A model generated the notes under the pieces. It searched no databases. It saw only the letters and a program-made list of their open reading frames with translations, and was not told where the DNA came from. A DNA stretch of 63,974 bases, the filler included, from NCBI GenBank assembly GCA_964501035.1. It is 5 parts of 5 records of this genome, joined end to end, with 100 filler letters (N's around TTAATTAATTAA, not from the genome) between each part and the next. Parts side by side here need not be neighbours in the genome. Positions count along the whole stretch, not along the records: positions 46,545 to 61,321 come from CAZCRK010000041.1; positions 61,422 to 63,974 come from CAZCRK010000121.1; 3 more parts are not named here. One strand, given 5' to 3'. Shown here in pieces: positions 59,533-63,974 of this stretch. Made by a program: the position numbers and the translations under genes. How positions within the stretch are numbered: the first letter of the stretch is position 1; each line of letters begins with the position of its first letter.

Positions 59533-60117
59533 ATGACAGTTTTAACTGAACCATCCATAGAACGTGCATTTAAAAAGGTTTTTAATGAACAGTTAGACCA
59601 AATTGTGCCAGTAGTTGCAAATTCAATAATTGCAGTTGTGTTGACTATTGTTTTTGCTGTTACAATTATCGGAATATTAGCAATCCCAGCACTGTGGGGT
59701 GGATATATTAAATCAATCATTGATGTCAATAATGGAGAACAGTTGCAAATTGGTAAGTTTATATCTCTTGGTTTTAACAAGTTTGGTGCAATGCTTGGTG
59801 CGTCTCTTATTTCGGTAATAGGTATAGGGTTAGGATTAATTTGTTTTGTAATTCCTGGTATTTACCTTATGGTTCGATGGGTGTTTGTGCCATATTTAAT
59901 TATGAATGAAAATTTAGAAATTTCAGATGCATTTCGCGTTTCAGGTCAGCTTGTGAATGGTAGATGGTGGGATATTTTTGTAATGGTTCTAATTGTAGAG
60001 CTGCTCGAAACAATACTAACTTGGACTGGTATTGGAATCATTCTTGGAGTTCCCTTTAGTACAGGTGTAACTGCACAATATTACTTAGACTTATCAACTA
60101 TGAGGAATTCCGAATGA
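59533..60117 (+). CDS. Integral membrane protein (DUF975-like)
   Basis: AAGGAG RBS; ICFVIPGIYLMVRW...DAFRVSGQLVNGRWW pattern. Confidence 0.7.
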   Translation: MTVLTEPSIERAFKKVFNEQLDQIVPVVANSIIAVVLTIVFAVTIIGILAIPALWGGYIKSIIDVNNGEQLQIGKFISLGFNKFGAMLGASLISVIGIGLGLICFVIPGIYLMVRWVFVPYLIMNENLEISDAFRVSGQLVNGRWWDIFVMVLIVELLETILTWTGIGIILGVPFSTGVTAQYYLDLSTMRNSE

Positions 60118-61321
60118 ACCCCTATTTTGTAATTATTTTATGTGCAATTATTGGCGAATATGTTTTAAGAACAACTGCACGATTTTTGAATGTTCAAGCA
60201 ATTTCACCTAAAATTCCAAATGGTTTTGAAGAATTTTATGACAAAGATAAATATGCAAAATCACAAAAATATCTAAAAACAAATACACAATTTGCATTGA
60301 TTCGATCTACGTTTGATTTAATCGTAATTCTGCTGGTTATTTTAGGGGGTTATTTTGAAGTATTTGATCAGTTTGTGCGTTCATTTGGATATTCATCTGT
60401 TATATCAGGATTAATTTTTTTTGGTTTTATTTTTATAATTCAGGATATTTTGTCTCTACCCTTTAGTTTGTACGCAATATTTAGTATTGAAGAAAAATTT
60501 GGGTTTAATAAAACAACTCCAAAAACATTCATAATGGATAAGGTTAAATCGTATATCATAACCATTGTTTTAGGCGGAATAGTAATGGGGGGTATATTAA
60601 TATTTTTTGAAAATTCTGGTGTGTTTGGTTGGCTGTATGCTTGGGGATTGGTTTCTTTATTCATCGTTTTGGGTCCCATTTTATTCACCAGCATCATTGC
60701 ACCCATATTTAACAAGTTTACTCCTCTTGAAGATGGAGAACTACTTGATGTAATCACTCAATATTCTAAAAAAGTTGATTTTCCACTGACTAAAATAGAT
60801 GTAATGGATGGCTCAAAACGATCCTCTCACTCCAATGCTTATTTCAGTGGATTTGGAAAAAAGAAGCGAATTGCATTGTACGATACCTTGATTGAAAAAC
60901 ATACTGTCAATGAATTGTTAGCAGTAATTGCCCATGAAGTTGGTCACTACAAAAAGAAACATATTATAAAACGAACCATAACAGGAATTTTGCAAACAGG
61001 GGTCATGTTCTTTTTGATTTCAATTTTTATGAAAAACGTACAATTGTTTGAAGCATTTCAAGTGTCACAAATGTCCGTGTATGCTGGAATTTTATTTTTC
61101 GGTATTTTATATTCTCCAGTTGATTTAGTCTTATCTATTATTTCAAATTTCTTTTCTCGTAAACATGAGTTTGAAGCGGATGCCTTTGCATCAGAAACAA
61201 CTGGTTCATCCGAATATATGATAAATGGACTAAAACGAATTTCAGCTGAAAATTTGGGGAATTTAACCCCCCATTCTTTAACAGTGATTTTGAACTATGA
61301 CCATCCTCCAATGATTGAAAG
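60114..61321 (+). CDS. M48 (Ste24-like) zinc metalloprotease, 3'-truncated
   Basis: DGSKRSSHSNAYF, HEVGH (HExxH), EFEADAFA, HPP; cut by the linker. Confidence 0.93.
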
Positions 61322-61421
61322 NNNNNNNNNNNNNNNNNNNNNNNNNNNNNNNNNNNNNNNNNNNNTTAATTAATTAANNNNNNNNNNNNNNNNNNNNNNN
61401 NNNNNNNNNNNNNNNNNNNNN
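61322..61421. other. Artificial contig linker
   Basis: 44 N + TTAATTAATTAA + 44 N. Confidence 0.97.
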
Positions 61422-61467
61422 CAAAGAGAGGGGTGCCGTAGGCGGGGTGAGTTTTAAAGGAGGACAT

Positions 61468-63974
61468 ATGTTTAAATTTCTATTACTACTGTTTACATTT
61501 ACTTTTGCGCAGGATTATTCACTTGAGTTTGATGGGGTTCAAAGTGAAGTTGTAGTCCCACATAACGAAAACTTAGATTTTGTAAATAATTTTACAATTC
61601 ATGTATCATATAAAATTGGAATTGAAAATGAAGCTAGTGTAATGATTACAAAAGGTAGAGATATTCACCCTGGATCTTCACATAGATTTTGGGTGTTACA
61701 TTCATCTGCAAGTTCATTTTATTTTGAAATAATAACTTCAACAGGTTATCATGCATTTCCAATTAGTATCGATCAGCAATTAAATCAGTGGAATAATTTT
61801 ACATTAACATATAATGGTTCCAATTTAAAATCTTATTTTAATGGAGAGTTAGTACAAATTGATCCATTATCAGGAAACTTGATTAATGGTGACTATGATT
61901 TAACTATTGGTAGGTTCCCACCATATGGTCCTAATCATCCAAATGGATATGGCTATTATTTTTTAGGTACTATAGATGATGTTAATATATGGAACCGAAC
62001 TCTCACCCAAGAAGAAATCCAATCTAACATGTTTAATGAACTTACTGGCGATGAAGAAGGTCTTGTCGGCTACTGGGACTTTAATGACGGTCCTGAAAGC
62101 ACCACACTCACCGACCTCAGTGGCAACGGCAACCACGGAACTATTTACGGTGCAACATGGTCAACAGATGTTCCCACCCCCGGTTGCACCGACCCCCTTG
62201 CCACCAACTATAACGAAGATGCTAATGTAAATGACTTTTCTTGTATTTTCCCTGATAATGGTGAATACTCATTAGAATTTAATGAATCTACTGATTTTGT
62301 TAATGTTGGTTCTCCAGATATATTAAATGGTAGTGCCTTTAATGGGAAAATTTCTATTGAATGTTGGATAAATCCCGGCGAATTAGGAGGATTCCAGAGA
62401 ATTGTAGCAAAAGCACCAGACGAAAATCATAATGATTCCTACAGGTTAATGATTGATTCTGATGGTAAAATATCTGGAAACATATATCCCCAGTCTTGGG
62501 GTAACGGAACCAACTCACCTGATGCTCTATCAGGAATAATTTCACAATCAACAATAGAAGAAAATACATGGAATCATATAATATTTACCTATAATTCCGA
62601 AGTTGGAAGTGAATTATATATAAATGGAGTTTTGGATAATTCAAATAATGATGTTGATGTACAAAATATAAAGAATACTGGTTCAGAATTAATATTTGGA
62701 AATAGAAAAGCTGGGGAAACAAATGAAAATTTTATTGGGAAAATTGATTTAATTCGAATTTGGAGTCAAAGTATAGATATTCAAGATATTCAAGGGTTAA
62801 TTTATTCAGAGTTAAGCCCTGAATTAGAGAACAATTTGGTGGGATATTGGAAATTTGATGAAAATAATGGGCAGTATAATGTATTTGATCATTCTGGATT
62901 TAATAACCATGGAATAGTAAATGGTGCAAATTGGAGTGTAAATGTACCTATGCTGGGTTGCACCGACCCCGTAGCCACCAACTACAATGAAGAAGCTGAC
63001 TTTGATGATGGCAGTTGCACCTACCCTGATAATGGAGATTATTCGCTGAGTTTTGATGGTTTTAGTCAATATGTAGAAATTCCTCATGTAGAACAATTTA
63101 ATTTTATTGATTTTTCAGTATCATTTTCAGGAGTTTTCCCACCGGACATTAACGATTGGTGGCAAAGCCCAGTGAGTAAAGATTGTTGTGGGTGTGAGTC
63201 GAGTAATGGGGATTGGCAATTTTTTGAAAATAATGGCAATCTATCTTTTGCTGCTCAAAATTCTAATGATTTTAATTGGAGTACCATAGTTTCATATCCA
63301 TATAATTTATTAAATGATGGTGATTCCCATAATATTATTGCAACAAGAAATGGGAATACAGGTGAATTAAATTTATATATAGATGGAATTTTAGTGGATA
63401 CAAACTATGATTTTGCCGGGATAATAAACAATGATGCTTCAATAACCTTTGCTCGATATAGTATTTGTGGTGGAGACTATGCAAATTATTTCCAACTTTC
63501 TGAAGTTATGATTTGGAACAAAGAATTAAATCAAAACAGTGCAACTTTACTCCAAAATGAACCTATAGTTGAAAATTATAATTTAGTTGGTTACTACAAA
63601 TTCAACGCAGGCGAAGACACCACTCTCTACGACCACTCAGGTAATGGTAATCATGGTACCATCCATGGGGCTACTTGGGTTTCTAACACCAATCTAGAAT
63701 CTTTGACAATTACTCCAGAGTCTTTGGATTTTGGTGAAGTGCGTTTGGGTGAGTCTGCAGAAATAACGGTAGAATTTGGCAATAGTGGTGAAGAAGTTAT
63801 TGAGGTTACAGATATTACAGCCCAAACCGAAGACCTCTCCGTTTTCCCTGTTCCCTTCTCCGTTTACCCTAGTGGTAATGTACCCGTTACCATAACCTAC
63901 ACACCCACAACTGAAGGTGCCTTTAATGATACCCTTACCATTTTCTCCTCCGACACTGGTGACGCTGATTTTGA
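61468..63974 (+). CDS. Large secreted protein with three LamG-like jellyroll domains, GCTDP linkers and an ASH/choice-of-anchor-D Ig domain (3'-truncated)
   Basis: Absent from the ORF track because it has no stop. AGGAGG RBS; MFKFLLLLFTFTFAQDYSLEFDG...; open to the window end by manual translation. Three YSLxF...IW...LVGY(W/Y)xF...DxSGxxNHG units, then SLDFGEV...GNSG. Confidence 0.92.
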   Translation, partial: MFKFLLLLFTFTFAQDYSLEFDGVQSEVVVPHNENLDFVNNFTIHVSYKIGIENEASVMITKGRDIHPGSSHRFWVLHSSASSFYFEIITSTGYHAFPISIDQQLNQWNNFTLTYNGSNLKSYFNGELVQIDPLSGNLINGDYDLTIGRFPPYGPNHPNGYGYYFLGTIDDVNIWNRTLTQEEIQSNMFNELTGDEEGLVGYWDFNDGPESTTLTDLSGNGNHGTIYGATWSTDVPTPGCTDPLATNYNEDANVNDFSCIFPDNGEYSLEFNESTDFVNVGSPDILNGSAFNGKISIECWINPGELGGFQRIVAKAPDENHNDSYRLMIDSDGKISGNIYPQSWGNGTNSPDALSGIISQSTIEENTWNHIIFTYNSEVGSELYINGVLDNSNNDVDVQNIKNTGSELIFGNRKAGETNENFIGKIDLIRIWSQSIDIQDIQGLIYSELSPELENNLVGYWKFDENNGQYNVFDHSGFNNHGIVNGANWSVNVPMLGCTDPVATNYNEEADFDDGSCTYPDNGDYSLSFDGFSQYVEIPHVEQFNFIDFSVSFSGVFPPDINDWWQSPVSKDCCGCESSNGDWQFFENNGNLSFAAQNSNDFNWSTIVSYPYNLLNDGDSHNIIATRNGNTGELNLYIDGILVDTNYDFAGIINNDASITFARYSICGGDYANYFQLSEVMIWNKELNQNSATLLQNEPIVENYNLVGYYKFNAGEDTTLYDHSGNGNHGTIHGATWVSNTNLESLTITPESLDFGEVRLGESAEITVEFGNSGEEVIEVTDITAQTEDLSVFPVPFSVYPSGNVPVTITYTPTTEGAFNDTLTIFSSDTGDADF
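62182..62997 (+). repeat. Two GC-rich 42-bp direct repeats (62182-62223 and 62956-62997) between LamG units
   Basis: GGTTGCACCGACCCCnTnGCCACCAACTAnAAnGAAGAnGCT; 37 of 42 nt identical; 774 bp apart. Confidence 0.85.

Noticed and set aside
61976..63096. Three short tracked ORFs in the last contig
   Set aside because: They overlap the long open frame from 61468, which the track omitted only because it has no stop inside the window.
1..63974. Genome-wide UGA reassignment (genetic code 4 or 25)
   Set aside because: Conserved genes such as rplT, ugd and rfbB end properly at TGA, some in ATGA overlaps, and long genes have no internal TGA. Only the PrdB-like TGA behaves as sense.

Overview
AT-rich bacterial DNA made of five unrelated contig pieces (1-15689, 15790-31278, 31379-46444, 46545-61321, 61422-63974) joined by identical artificial 100-bp linkers (44 N + TTAATTAATTAA + 44 N). 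The three complete contigs decrease in length, so neighbourhoods across the linkers are not real. Gene content (LpxH, TonB receptor, dockerin- and LamG-domain secreted proteins, membrane pyrophosphatase, DGGGPS-like UbiA) suggests a diderm FCB-group marine bacterium, possibly Ca. Marinimicrobia (inference only). Most of the window is housekeeping: uvrA, pcrA, mltG, thrS-infC-rpmI-rplT-pheST-zapA-folD, cmk-rpsA-tsaD, ugd-rfbBA, rpsF-rpsR-rplI, prmC, dnaE, dtd, pccB, fur-feoAB and tRNA-Asp. The most notable items, several missed or split by the ORF track, are: (1) an orphan PrdB/GrdB-like selenoprotein with an in-frame UGA in a UxxC motif and a SECIS-like hairpin; (2) a Cys-rich two-helix membrane protein co-transcribed with an ArsR/SmtB regulator behind twin palindromic operators; (3) a cobalamin-riboswitch-controlled BtuB receptor followed by a BtuG-like propeller carrying a dockerin instead of a lipid anchor; (4) a large LamG-repeat surface protein with mosaic codon usage and conserved GC-rich nucleotide boxes, suggesting domain-cassette shuffling; (5) an AroQ-like protein lacking its catalytic residues, a 30-aa acidic microprotein, probable CTG and ATA start codons, and signs of leaderless transcription. 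I saw no CRISPR array, rRNA, transposase or prophage.
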